From a virus, in IMG/VR virus record IMGVR_UViG_3300021471_000007, positions 11,249-75,248 of that record: a DNA stretch of 64,000 nt, one strand, 5' to 3'. Both the position numbers and the translations under genes were made by a program. The notes beneath the pieces are model-generated. The model saw nothing but the letters and a program-made list of their open reading frames with translations, did no database searches and had not been told where the DNA came from. Position 1 is the stretch's first letter, and each line of letters begins with the position of its first letter. Of this stretch, positions 36,191 to 45,126 are shown in pieces.

Positions 36191-37293
36191 TGATTAACAC
36201 CTCCTTTTAGTATCGACATAAAACTAGCATCTACATCAGAAGTACCTGCATATCTAACAGATTTTCTGGATGGTCTGCTAAGTTCCTCTATTTTCTTTGA
36301 TAATTCTTCTATTTTCTTATCTTTCTCTGCAACAATGGCAGAAAGTTCTGCTGTTTTTTCTTCTGATTGTTTCTTTATTATTGGTTCCTTCTCGTCATCC
36401 GGATATGGATATTTTTTCTTTTTGTTTTTCACATCTGGATATTTTTTGTCTTCTGGATAAGGATATTTCTTTTTCTTTAGTTCCTCAGCAACTATTTCAG
36501 AAACAAGCTCTCTTATTCTCTCTTCGCTTAATGGCTCTGTTTCAGGTTCTTCTTCGGTTGACTCAGGTTCTTCTTCCTCGAGTTCCTTTGTTTCCTCTTT
36601 TGGCTCATCCGTTTCTGGTTCTGTTTGTTCTTTTGTAGTCTCTTCTGCTGGTTGTTCCTCTTCTTCCTTGTCATCTTCCTGAAGATCTGCTAAGATCTCT
36701 TGTAATTGCTGTATGTCCTCACTGGTGAAGTCTTCTTTTTGTACAGCTTCTAGCTCAGTGAGCACGTCTTTCAGTGTTTTTTTATTTTCTTGCATTTCTA
36801 CACCTCCATATATTATTTTTTCAGTTTTACCTGTTGAACTGTTGTTTATATAAGCTGTTTTCACAGCTGGATCATAAACAACTGAAAAGTTCTCAAATCT
36901 AAAATCATTTATAACACCACGATCTTCATCAATTCGCAATCTTGGCGATATACCAAATTTTGCACCATACTTCAAATTTATCGCAGTCTGTAAATCAGTA
37001 ATATATAAATCACCAACTACATCATCACCTTCTAAATGTATGTTTTTGACGTCTCCAATCCATTTTGATGCTTCTGTATCCTTATGATCTAAGAACAATG
37101 AGCATACTTCATCATTAAAATCAGTATTCTTTAATGCATCTAATACCGTATCTCTAGAATAATATTTATTATTCCAAATACCCGGACTCATCAATATTTT
37201 ATTACGCAACACGAGTAAAGGTTTACCTTTACCAACAGCATCTAATAAATCAAATTTTGTTGCACTATTTAAAATACTACTATTTATTTTCAT
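36187..37293 (-). CDS. prohead protease fused to acidic scaffold
   Basis: PGIWN, LFLDH, GISP, FSVVYDPA; Glu-rich region with KKKKYPYP repeats. Confidence 0.75.
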   Translation of the reverse strand: MKINSSILNSATKFDLLDAVGKGKPLLVLRNKILMSPGIWNNKYYSRDTVLDALKNTDFNDEVCSLFLDHKDTEASKWIGDVKNIHLEGDDVVGDLYITDLQTAINLKYGAKFGISPRLRIDEDRGVINDFRFENFSVVYDPAVKTAYINNSSTGKTEKIIYGGVEMQENKKTLKDVLTELEAVQKEDFTSEDIQQLQEILADLQEDDKEEEEQPAEETTKEQTEPETDEPKEETKELEEEEPESTEEEPETEPLSEERIRELVSEIVAEELKKKKYPYPEDKKYPDVKNKKKKYPYPDDEKEPIIKKQSEEKTAELSAIVAEKDKKIEELSKKIEELSRPSRKSVRYAGTSDVDASFMSILKGGVNQ

Positions 37294-37330
37294 ATAATTA
37301 CCTTTAATTAAATGGATATATATTATTATC

Positions 37331-37504
37331 CTATTTTACATACTTTTTTTGATATCTCCACACAGTAGACATCCCACATCCAACTTCCATTGCTATTTCT
37401 CGTCTTGAATAAACGGGATCTGTGGAATTTGTCATTAATATTATCTTTTTAATTTGTTCTAACGATATGTTTGGTGTACCAGACGGTCTTGAAATACGAA
37501 TCAC
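37331..37504 (-). CDS. small HTH protein (GTG 37504 or ATT 37495 start)
   Basis: YSRREIAMEVGCGMSTVWRYQK; not in ORF track. Confidence 0.6.
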   Translation of the reverse strand: MIRISRPSGTPNISLEQIKKIILMTNSTDPVYSRREIAMEVGCGMSTVWRYQKKYVK

Positions 37505-37813
37505 CTACAACGAAACTTCAACGAGATCAATGTAATCTCTGTTTACAACTTGTTTCGAATTCACCATTGCAATAACCTCTATTGAATATTGTCCTATTGT
37601 ATCATCCACAGCTGTCTCCCAATCATAATAAAATACCCCCTGTGACTCTCTAGTCATAGTCACCGAATCAACCTTTGTCGTACCAGTAGTTACATCGCGA
37701 ATTGTTATGGTAATTTTGTAATCCGTGTCCTGATCTGGATCAACAAGATTGTCGTTTATATCCCGCAAATAAACTTTTATTCTTGCGGTTTGTCCTCTTT
37801 CATATTCAGTCAT
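37505..37813 (-). CDS. Ig-like (BppU N-terminal-like) adaptor protein
   Basis: GQTARI...LVDPD...GVFYYDW...GQY pattern. Confidence 0.6.
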   Translation of the reverse strand: MTEYERGQTARIKVYLRDINDNLVDPDQDTDYKITITIRDVTTGTTKVDSVTMTRESQGVFYYDWETAVDDTIGQYSIEVIAMVNSKQVVNRDYIDLVEVSL

Positions 37814-37817
37814 ATAA

Positions 37818-38669
37818 TCACCCGTATATATAATTTATAATTATTTTTCCATAATCAAAATATTCGATATATGCATGTATTGGTGGGAATCCCGACCAAT
37901 TATAATCTATCAATTTTAAGACATCTGTCACACTTCTAATATAAGACACAGTTCTATTATATATATCTGCAATATCCAGAACATCTGCAATACTTCTTCC
38001 AAGTGTTGCTGTTCTGTTATATATATCAGATAATGTTAAAACAGATGAAATAATTTTAAGTGTTTCTCTATATATTGCATCTGATAATGATATCACTGCA
38101 ATTATAATTTCACTATAACCAATGTTAAGTATATCAGATAAAACTGCAGCATCAGTATATAATCTATAATAAGTTCCGGCTCTTTGAAAAACATCATTTA
38201 ATAGCATCTGCGCAACCAATGTTCTTGCAAAAAATAAAACCTTACTGTATGAATCAACTATAGAAGCATTATCCGATAAAATCTTCATTATAAGAGCTTC
38301 TTTTGAGTCAACCAAACTCAGAGATTCTTTCTTTTCATATAAACTTATTAATTTATTAAACGTATCATTTTCAATTAGTATATCACTGTAAGATCTAAAT
38401 CCTGTATAGGATCTACTATATGTATCAGACCCAACCAACATCGCTGTTAATAGCTTTTGTACTCCAAGTATATACGTATCATCAATTGTTATAGTAGACA
38501 TGTTTTGTTTATAAATACATTTTATAAGACTGTCGCTAAATATAACAGTCTCACTCAATATTTTTGTAAGTGCAGCACCGATAGCTGAAATATTAAGCAA
38601 TCCCAACTCTGTCCTATTCGCACCAGTACTTATTAAACCAAGCGTAGTTCTTATATCAGTATCGGTCAT
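37818..38669 (-). CDS. repetitive fibre protein (~19-aa SD...L.D units)
   Basis: Periodic units as in 45127-47625. Confidence 0.6.
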   Translation of the reverse strand: MTDTDIRTTLGLISTGANRTELGLLNISAIGAALTKILSETVIFSDSLIKCIYKQNMSTITIDDTYILGVQKLLTAMLVGSDTYSRSYTGFRSYSDILIENDTFNKLISLYEKKESLSLVDSKEALIMKILSDNASIVDSYSKVLFFARTLVAQMLLNDVFQRAGTYYRLYTDAAVLSDILNIGYSEIIIAVISLSDAIYRETLKIISSVLTLSDIYNRTATLGRSIADVLDIADIYNRTVSYIRSVTDVLKLIDYNWSGFPPIHAYIEYFDYGKIIINYIYG

Positions 38670-40030
38670 TGCTTAATCACCTTGAACAATGTTAGGTTAT
38701 TATTTGCATCATAAGATGCTGTCATTTTATATTTTGCAATCAAACCGGTGGTTTTATCATGTGTTGTTGCATTTGCAGCACTATCATAACAATATAAATA
38801 TGATTCTGTTTTGTTGCCGTTGGCATCTCTAGATATATCATCCTCTACATGATTCTCTAATACCATACCGAGTATTTTCCACAACGATTCTCCAAATGTC
38901 CCAGATGTACTATGATCAGAAACGTTTTCATCCCAAACCTGATCGGATATAGTCAACGGATTCAATAAATAACTTATATCTACATTGGCCGAAGAGTTGT
39001 TTATAATTTTTCCAACACCTCTAATTGTTATATCACCGTTTGTAACTGTGCTATCAAGAACTACCTTGCCACTGTTTAGGTCTATGCGTATGCTGTCTGT
39101 TCCTGTTTTGTTTATTATTTTTATTCCTCCATTGTAATTTCGGAGTGATAGGCCTTGGCCGCTTCCACCCATGTCTATTACCGGTGGATCTGTCCCAATG
39201 ATACCGTTCCAACAATCCAAAAAATGAGCGTCGCTTCCTCCTCCTAACGTTATAGTTCCTTCCAACATGCATGATTCTATCACCCCGTAAATATAATTTA
39301 AATCTCCAATTCTACATTGATATAGTTTACAATTACCATCTAAAGTTCCTGTTACATATGCATTTTCAAATTCACAATTAGTAACATCGGCTGCCGAACT
39401 AATGGTGATATTAGTTTTAGTCATAGATTCTCCCATAAACAGCATACCAGAATAATCACCACCGGTATCTATTGTCAAATCACCAATTACATAAATAGTA
39501 TCAAAACCTCTTTCGTCTGCTATTAACATAGCATCTGTTAAATTATTGACTGGCTCTTGCAAAGTCCCAACTGGAAAATCTGTTCCACTATAAGGACTTG
39601 TTACATCAATTGTAACCCCACCATTAAATGAACTATATTGAATAGATGATAATTCCTGCAATGTTGCAGAAGACGAACTCGTAAGCGTAACAGTAACATA
39701 TGCAGATGGTTCAATTGGCGATTCATAGCTAGAAGTCGCGGTATTGTACATAACCAAATTACCACCACTAACATTACAAATAATATAACTTGGACCAGAT
39801 CGGTCTTCAAATTTTAATTTCCAATCTATAAGTTTGAGTGTTAAACCAACATAAACTCCTCCACCAAGTTCTTCTTTTCCTGTGCAATCTGCTACTTTGT
39901 AAACTTCCATGTTTTCTGGTTCGTCTTCCCAGTCTCTAATATTGTTATAAAGATCTTGTATGGTAACCTCAGTGTCTGGAGCTTTGACTATAATAAGCTT
40001 ATTAATTTTATCAAATTCATATACTACCAC
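38666..40030 (-). CDS. virion fibre/spike protein with beta-helix-like core
   Basis: N-domain similar to that of 40082-42718; PVGTLQEPVNNLTDA. Confidence 0.55.
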   Translation of the reverse strand: MVVYEFDKINKLIIVKAPDTEVTIQDLYNNIRDWEDEPENMEVYKVADCTGKEELGGGVYVGLTLKLIDWKLKFEDRSGPSYIICNVSGGNLVMYNTATSSYESPIEPSAYVTVTLTSSSSATLQELSSIQYSSFNGGVTIDVTSPYSGTDFPVGTLQEPVNNLTDAMLIADERGFDTIYVIGDLTIDTGGDYSGMLFMGESMTKTNITISSAADVTNCEFENAYVTGTLDGNCKLYQCRIGDLNYIYGVIESCMLEGTITLGGGSDAHFLDCWNGIIGTDPPVIDMGGSGQGLSLRNYNGGIKIINKTGTDSIRIDLNSGKVVLDSTVTNGDITIRGVGKIINNSSANVDISYLLNPLTISDQVWDENVSDHSTSGTFGESLWKILGMVLENHVEDDISRDANGNKTESYLYCYDSAANATTHDKTTGLIAKYKMTASYDANNNLTLFKVIKQ

Positions 40031-40049
40031 TAGACCACCCTAAAAAATC

Positions 40050-40078
40050 AAAGGGAAGGGGGGCTAACCCCTCTTTTA
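40050..40078 (-). terminator. GC hairpin followed by U-rich tract
   Basis: Minus strand AGAGGGG-TTAG-CCCCCCTT...TTTGATTTTTT after the 878-aa gene. Confidence 0.45.
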
Positions 40079-40081
40079 ATT

Positions 40082-42718
40082 TTATGCTACTATTGAATCT
40101 GTCGTTCTAATAGCAGACACACTAAGTCCGCTGCTTCCAACGGTACCACTTGTCTCAAATGGTAGTATTCCCTTCTTTCTTACTCTGATCAATACTGTCC
40201 TGTCTGAGTTATATAGTATAGTTACTTGTGCTGTTGTTGAAGTTGCCGTTGTATCTATAAATGGAACATAACACGTGTCTATTCCACCATAATCTCTGTC
40301 TAATTTATTTGTATCATAGTTATCTGATACTGACCAACCGCTAGATAATCCGGCTGTAGTTAGCTGTGTTGAACTATCAATTGACACAACATATCCACTT
40401 TCGGCTGTTGTTGTATTTCTTATTACATCTCCAACTTGTACATCATCTGTCCCACCAAAGTCTGCTGCAGAATCTACTAATGTTTGACCAGTTGAACCAG
40501 ATGTCGCAGAACCAGCCGCTCCTGTTTTTAGCGTAAATGTTGAACCACTCCAACTTGAATATCTATATCTTTGTTCTTCGCTAGTAGAAGTATCTACCAC
40601 TCTCAAAGTACCACTTGATGGAACGTCTGTATCAATAGATTCTTGTATTACAAACGATGTATTTCCATCGGTATTGCTTGTTGCATGACTCGTATATATT
40701 GATTTGTCTATTGATCCACCGGTTGTCCTGAATACAGCAACTCTGTCTCCAGAAACAACGTTTGTTACTGATATTGTTATGCTTGTATATGGTGTTCTCA
40801 CATTACCATTGCTGTCTATGAACTGGTACGATTGATCTGATGCCATACCTTCAATCCATACACCCTGTGCACCAAAGAACTTACCACCCGCGAATGTCCC
40901 GAATGGTGATTGTTTAGTTGGTGTATATCCTGTATATGCTTGTATGTATTCTTCACCGTCTAATGGTGTAATTACACTAGAAACAACTGTATACATCTGG
41001 TATGTTGAATTAGATTGTGTAACAAATTTGAGATATTCATATACGTCAGCTAATGTTCTACCAGTATTATATATGTCTCCTGCATTTATTATAACATCAT
41101 ATGGATATGCACTCTGCTGTTGGAAGGCTTTATTCATTGTATGTGCAGATTGCAAATCTTGACTTGCTGTACACGATGCTCCTGACAAATCACCAGTTAT
41201 TGCCTTTCCGTTTAATGATGTACTAGTACAGTTTCCCAAAGTTAATTCAGATCCAGAATCATATAATACAATTCCTTCTCCGCCACTCCATGTTACTCTC
41301 TCGCCTGCTGTAAATGTTCCTGTTGTTCCACCATGACTAACTGTTCCGTTAACGAATGCTATTGTAATATCAGAATAACCAGATACCACAGTTGTTGAAT
41401 CACCATTCGCTGTAGCTGAACCAGGTGTTCCATTATCATCAGTTATTGTTTCATCGTCCTGGAAATCCTTATAATATGCTGCTCTACTAGATCCTGTAAC
41501 AGTTGTGTCCACTTGTAGTAAGAGCTTTCCAGTAGTACCGTCATCTTGTAGACCAACTATCTTTCTCTTTGCTCCACTTGTTCCACCGGTTAACACTGCT
41601 CCTACGGTAAAGGTTGATGTTTCAGCATCGTATTCTAAATATGTATCACCAACTGTTCCATTTATATCAGCAGTTGCACCAGATGTTCCTCCAGTAAATG
41701 AATCGTTGTCGCTTATTGTTCCTTTAACGCCACGTATTTCAAGCATTCCCTCGGTGCCCCAATCAGTTACGGATACAACTTCTGCATCCCAACCACCACC
41801 AGAGCTTGATATTATTTCTTTTGCTTGGAATGGTCCACTAGATTCATTATCATAGAATATATAATAATCTCCAGTTGCATTGTTCAGATCCTCTGAAGTA
41901 GACAAAGGAACCGCACTACGACCTCCTGATGTTAGATCTATTTCAAAGTTATCAAACAGATCTCCCTCTTGTCTTGCAAATACTGTTATGTTAGCACCAT
42001 CTATTTCTGATCCGGCTTCTTTAACTTGAATTAATACATCTATATGTCCTCTGTCCCAATTGCTCAAAGAACTCCATTCAGCTATTCTTTCTCCCTGCTG
42101 GAATATATATATCTGCGGATACGGATTTGTTTCAATAGTACCCAAAGTATATACATTTGCATATAGCTCTTCGCCTGTAACGGAACCACCACTATCTATC
42201 AAATTACCTGCTCCTGTTCCAGACCCATCATCTATATCCAATGCTGTACTTGTATCAGAAAATGTATCTCCTGTATCATCTACTCTAACCCACCAATATC
42301 TTCGTGTATTATCGTATCCCAATAATGTTCCTGTATCTGCGGGTGAACCGCCTGAATAACCAACCTGCTTTCCTATATCACTAGCAACACAGTTTGTATA
42401 CCCCGAAGATTCAAGTTTTAACAATCTTATACCATCATTGTTCGAACTAGCATCATAACCAGAAGTAGCTATAGCACCACCCTTTAGGTATTTGTGACTT
42501 TCGTATGTTGCACTTATATCTAGCCACCACCCATTGATCATGGTATAAGCAGTAGGCGTCTGTGCTGACATTGGAACCTTATCATCCATTTGTGTTGGCT
42601 CATCAAATGTATCTTGTAAATACGAGTATAACTCATTTACTGTATATACTGTAGTACCGCTTGAATGATAAATCCTTTTGTTGGTGTAATCAATGGTCCA
42701 ATCGTCTCCTATTGCCAT
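40082..42718 (-). CDS. large Gly/Ser/Thr-rich structural protein with three internal repeats
   Basis: F..GE.ITGGTSGA-type repeats; SPFGTFAGGKFFGAQGVW. Confidence 0.6.
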   Translation of the reverse strand: MAIGDDWTIDYTNKRIYHSSGTTVYTVNELYSYLQDTFDEPTQMDDKVPMSAQTPTAYTMINGWWLDISATYESHKYLKGGAIATSGYDASSNNDGIRLLKLESSGYTNCVASDIGKQVGYSGGSPADTGTLLGYDNTRRYWWVRVDDTGDTFSDTSTALDIDDGSGTGAGNLIDSGGSVTGEELYANVYTLGTIETNPYPQIYIFQQGERIAEWSSLSNWDRGHIDVLIQVKEAGSEIDGANITVFARQEGDLFDNFEIDLTSGGRSAVPLSTSEDLNNATGDYYIFYDNESSGPFQAKEIISSSGGGWDAEVVSVTDWGTEGMLEIRGVKGTISDNDSFTGGTSGATADINGTVGDTYLEYDAETSTFTVGAVLTGGTSGAKRKIVGLQDDGTTGKLLLQVDTTVTGSSRAAYYKDFQDDETITDDNGTPGSATANGDSTTVVSGYSDITIAFVNGTVSHGGTTGTFTAGERVTWSGGEGIVLYDSGSELTLGNCTSTSLNGKAITGDLSGASCTASQDLQSAHTMNKAFQQQSAYPYDVIINAGDIYNTGRTLADVYEYLKFVTQSNSTYQMYTVVSSVITPLDGEEYIQAYTGYTPTKQSPFGTFAGGKFFGAQGVWIEGMASDQSYQFIDSNGNVRTPYTSITISVTNVVSGDRVAVFRTTGGSIDKSIYTSHATSNTDGNTSFVIQESIDTDVPSSGTLRVVDTSTSEEQRYRYSSWSGSTFTLKTGAAGSATSGSTGQTLVDSAADFGGTDDVQVGDVIRNTTTAESGYVVSIDSSTQLTTAGLSSGWSVSDNYDTNKLDRDYGGIDTCYVPFIDTTATSTTAQVTILYNSDRTVLIRVRKKGILPFETSGTVGSSGLSVSAIRTTDSIVA

Positions 42719-42722
42719 CTAA

Positions 42723-42932
42723 TCACCTCTTTTTCCTCTTTCTTTTAATTTTTTTGCTTTTAGTTTTTTTAACCTTAACTTCATTTTTTATTTCATCTAT
42801 CAATCCATTTCTTAATGCTACATGATATAACATCAATTCTGGATGATCCTTTGCTTCATTCTTATCAACTCTAACAACGTTTCCCTTCTTAAAATCTTCT
42901 GTATCAAATATTACATAATATGTCTTTTCCAT
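42723..42932 (-). CDS. small protein with highly basic tail
   Basis: SD GGAGGT; KKTKSKKIKRKRKKR. Confidence 0.55.
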   Translation of the reverse strand: MEKTYYVIFDTEDFKKGNVVRVDKNEAKDHPELMLYHVALRNGLIDEIKNEVKVKKTKSKKIKRKRKKR

Positions 42933-42945
42933 TGTTTCAACCTCC

Positions 42946-44538
42946 TTAAGCTATATCATCCTGATATAACACTGATGTAAGCGAGTATCCACTACTCGTT
43001 ATTGTTCCTGTCGTGGAAACTGGCAAATACCTTGTGTCTCCTGACGAAGATTTTCTAATTCTTATATTAATTGGTGTATCAGAAAGATAATTGTATGTAG
43101 TAGACACATTACCGTTTACATCAGTACTTGAATTTAAAATTTGAGACTGATCTGATGCTTTTTCTATATATACCTGCGCACCATATACATTATTACCATC
43201 AACATCTTCAACATGAACAGATATCGAAACTGAATTATTTATTGTTGTTGAACCACCACCAGTATTCTCATAGTATGATGGATCAGATCCATTTATAGCA
43301 TTTATAACAACAGATCCAGATGTTGTGTTTTCAATATCATAGTTAGTAGAACCGTCTGTCCCAGTAAATGTCAAATTATCAAACGTATATGTTCCAGCTG
43401 TTGTTATTTCAACCGAATGATTTGTTGGACTAATAAAACTACAATCTGTTACATTAAAAGATGTACTTGAAACCGTTATCGCATCATCTGTTGCAGATAT
43501 AAAAGTACAATGTTGAACATCACAGGTATCTACAGTAACTTTTCCAGCAATGTTCCATGTACAGCTTATAACTTCTTTGTTTGTTGCATTAGAAGGTAAT
43601 GTTGTTGCACCAACATCAATAAATGATGTTCCATATAATTTTACTTCATCAAAGTTAGAATCGCTAAAGTCTAATGCAACTTTCGCTGAACCGGCCGACT
43701 TTATTACACAACCATTAATGCCTACAGATCCTGATTTTTCACCCAATACAAAACTGTTAGTTCCTGTAGAATTCCCAACCAAAGTAATCTTATAATATGA
43801 ACTCGGAACCGTCCTATCTTCAAATATTACAAGTGCGTTTGTATCTTTAAAATAACTGCTCCCTGTACCAGAATCACCAAATTCTAATGCACCCTGAACA
43901 CCATAAACTCCAGATTGTAATTTTCTAATAATGCCATAAGCATTAGAAGTAGATTCGTCTTGTGCAACAATTTCTGAAAAAGTACCCTCTGTTGTGGATC
44001 CACCACCACCTATAGTAAGTGCTGCAGAACTATTGGATATATATCTACATATATCAATAAATACATTATCACCTGATCCTACTGCTTTTATTGGAACATT
44101 AAATTCAACACCAACTTGCGTTATTGCAGTTAATGTTGGTGCAGAACTACCATTAATTTGATGATAAGAAGTTGGTAAATTTGATGTATCCAAAATAAAA
44201 CATGACCATGCGCCCAACTGGAAACCATAATCATCACTACCGCCAACATAATATGCACGTGTATTTGTTCCATCTCCAATTATTATTCTGAAACCGCCGT
44301 TTGCTTTTGTATCAACCGATCCAGCATTCATCCAAGAATAAATTATACAATTTGAAAGATTAGTAGAACTTATTGTCTTATAAGCATATACTGTACCCTG
44401 TGAACCTTGCATACCAAGACAATATGTTCCCTCCCTCTGAAAACCGGTATATGTTGTAACAGTATCGTCTGTAGTCCAATTACTAGTGCTTTCTGCATCA
44501 TACAGCGTTGTCATATTATTTGTTATCGTGACTGACAT
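42946..44538 (-). CDS. structural protein: jelly-roll-like + beta-helix + C-terminal beta-sandwich
   Basis: Composition; VEDVDGNNVYGAQVYI; C-terminus similar to 40082-42718. Confidence 0.55.
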   Translation of the reverse strand: MSVTITNNMTTLYDAESTSNWTTDDTVTTYTGFQREGTYCLGMQGSQGTVYAYKTISSTNLSNCIIYSWMNAGSVDTKANGGFRIIIGDGTNTRAYYVGGSDDYGFQLGAWSCFILDTSNLPTSYHQINGSSAPTLTAITQVGVEFNVPIKAVGSGDNVFIDICRYISNSSAALTIGGGGSTTEGTFSEIVAQDESTSNAYGIIRKLQSGVYGVQGALEFGDSGTGSSYFKDTNALVIFEDRTVPSSYYKITLVGNSTGTNSFVLGEKSGSVGINGCVIKSAGSAKVALDFSDSNFDEVKLYGTSFIDVGATTLPSNATNKEVISCTWNIAGKVTVDTCDVQHCTFISATDDAITVSSTSFNVTDCSFISPTNHSVEITTAGTYTFDNLTFTGTDGSTNYDIENTTSGSVVINAINGSDPSYYENTGGGSTTINNSVSISVHVEDVDGNNVYGAQVYIEKASDQSQILNSSTDVNGNVSTTYNYLSDTPINIRIRKSSSGDTRYLPVSTTGTITSSGYSLTSVLYQDDIA

Positions 44539-44884
44539 TCTTCCTCCTCCTGTCTTCCAATACTATTCCACAGGCAACCGCTCCAAATAAAGCAATCGAA
44601 CTGTCTGTATTTATTCTAACGGATTGTTTGTCTGGAAAATCGTGTTTTAAGTCCAACCCAGTTCTTCCAAATAAATAAATTGCATCATCCGGATGCTTGA
44701 AGTTTTCAAGTGAAATATCTCCGTTCTCATCAAATATTACAATATTCTTTGCATCAATCTCATTAATGTTATCAATCATTTTCAAATCAACACCATATGC
44801 TCTGCATGTCTGATCATATAAGCGATATTCTGTTCTTTTATTATCATACCAACCCTTTTCTCTAACAGCAACAACAGTAATCAT
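44516..44884 (-). CDS. minimal SPOUT-like methyltransferase
   Basis: SLENFKHP..AIYLFG..G...VRI....ALFGAVACGIVLEDR, resembling TrmL/SpoU knot motifs. Confidence 0.5.
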   Translation of the reverse strand: MITVVAVREKGWYDNKRTEYRLYDQTCRAYGVDLKMIDNINEIDAKNIVIFDENGDISLENFKHPDDAIYLFGRTGLDLKHDFPDKQSVRINTDSSIALFGAVACGIVLEDRRRKNVSHDNK

Positions 44885-44889
44885 TTATA

Positions 44890-45117
44890 TCACAATTTTA
44901 TCATAGGATTTAATTCTTTAAACTCATCTAGCGGATACCATTCCTTCCATTCTGATCTACCAACAGATTTCGGAATTATTTTAACTTCAACAAATTTAAC
45001 AGTAATTGTCTCACCTTCCTTTGCATTTGGTCCGATTGCAGGCACCTTATGTTTTATTACTTTCAAAGAAGTTGGATCAATTTCTCTTTCTTTGTGGTTT
45101 ATATCAATTATTATCAT
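44890..45117 (-). CDS. hypothetical protein
   Basis: SD GAGGTG. Confidence 0.6.
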   Translation of the reverse strand: MIIIDINHKEREIDPTSLKVIKHKVPAIGPNAKEGETITVKFVEVKIIPKSVGRSEWKEWYPLDEFKELNPMIKL

Positions 45118-45126
45118 TTAAACACC

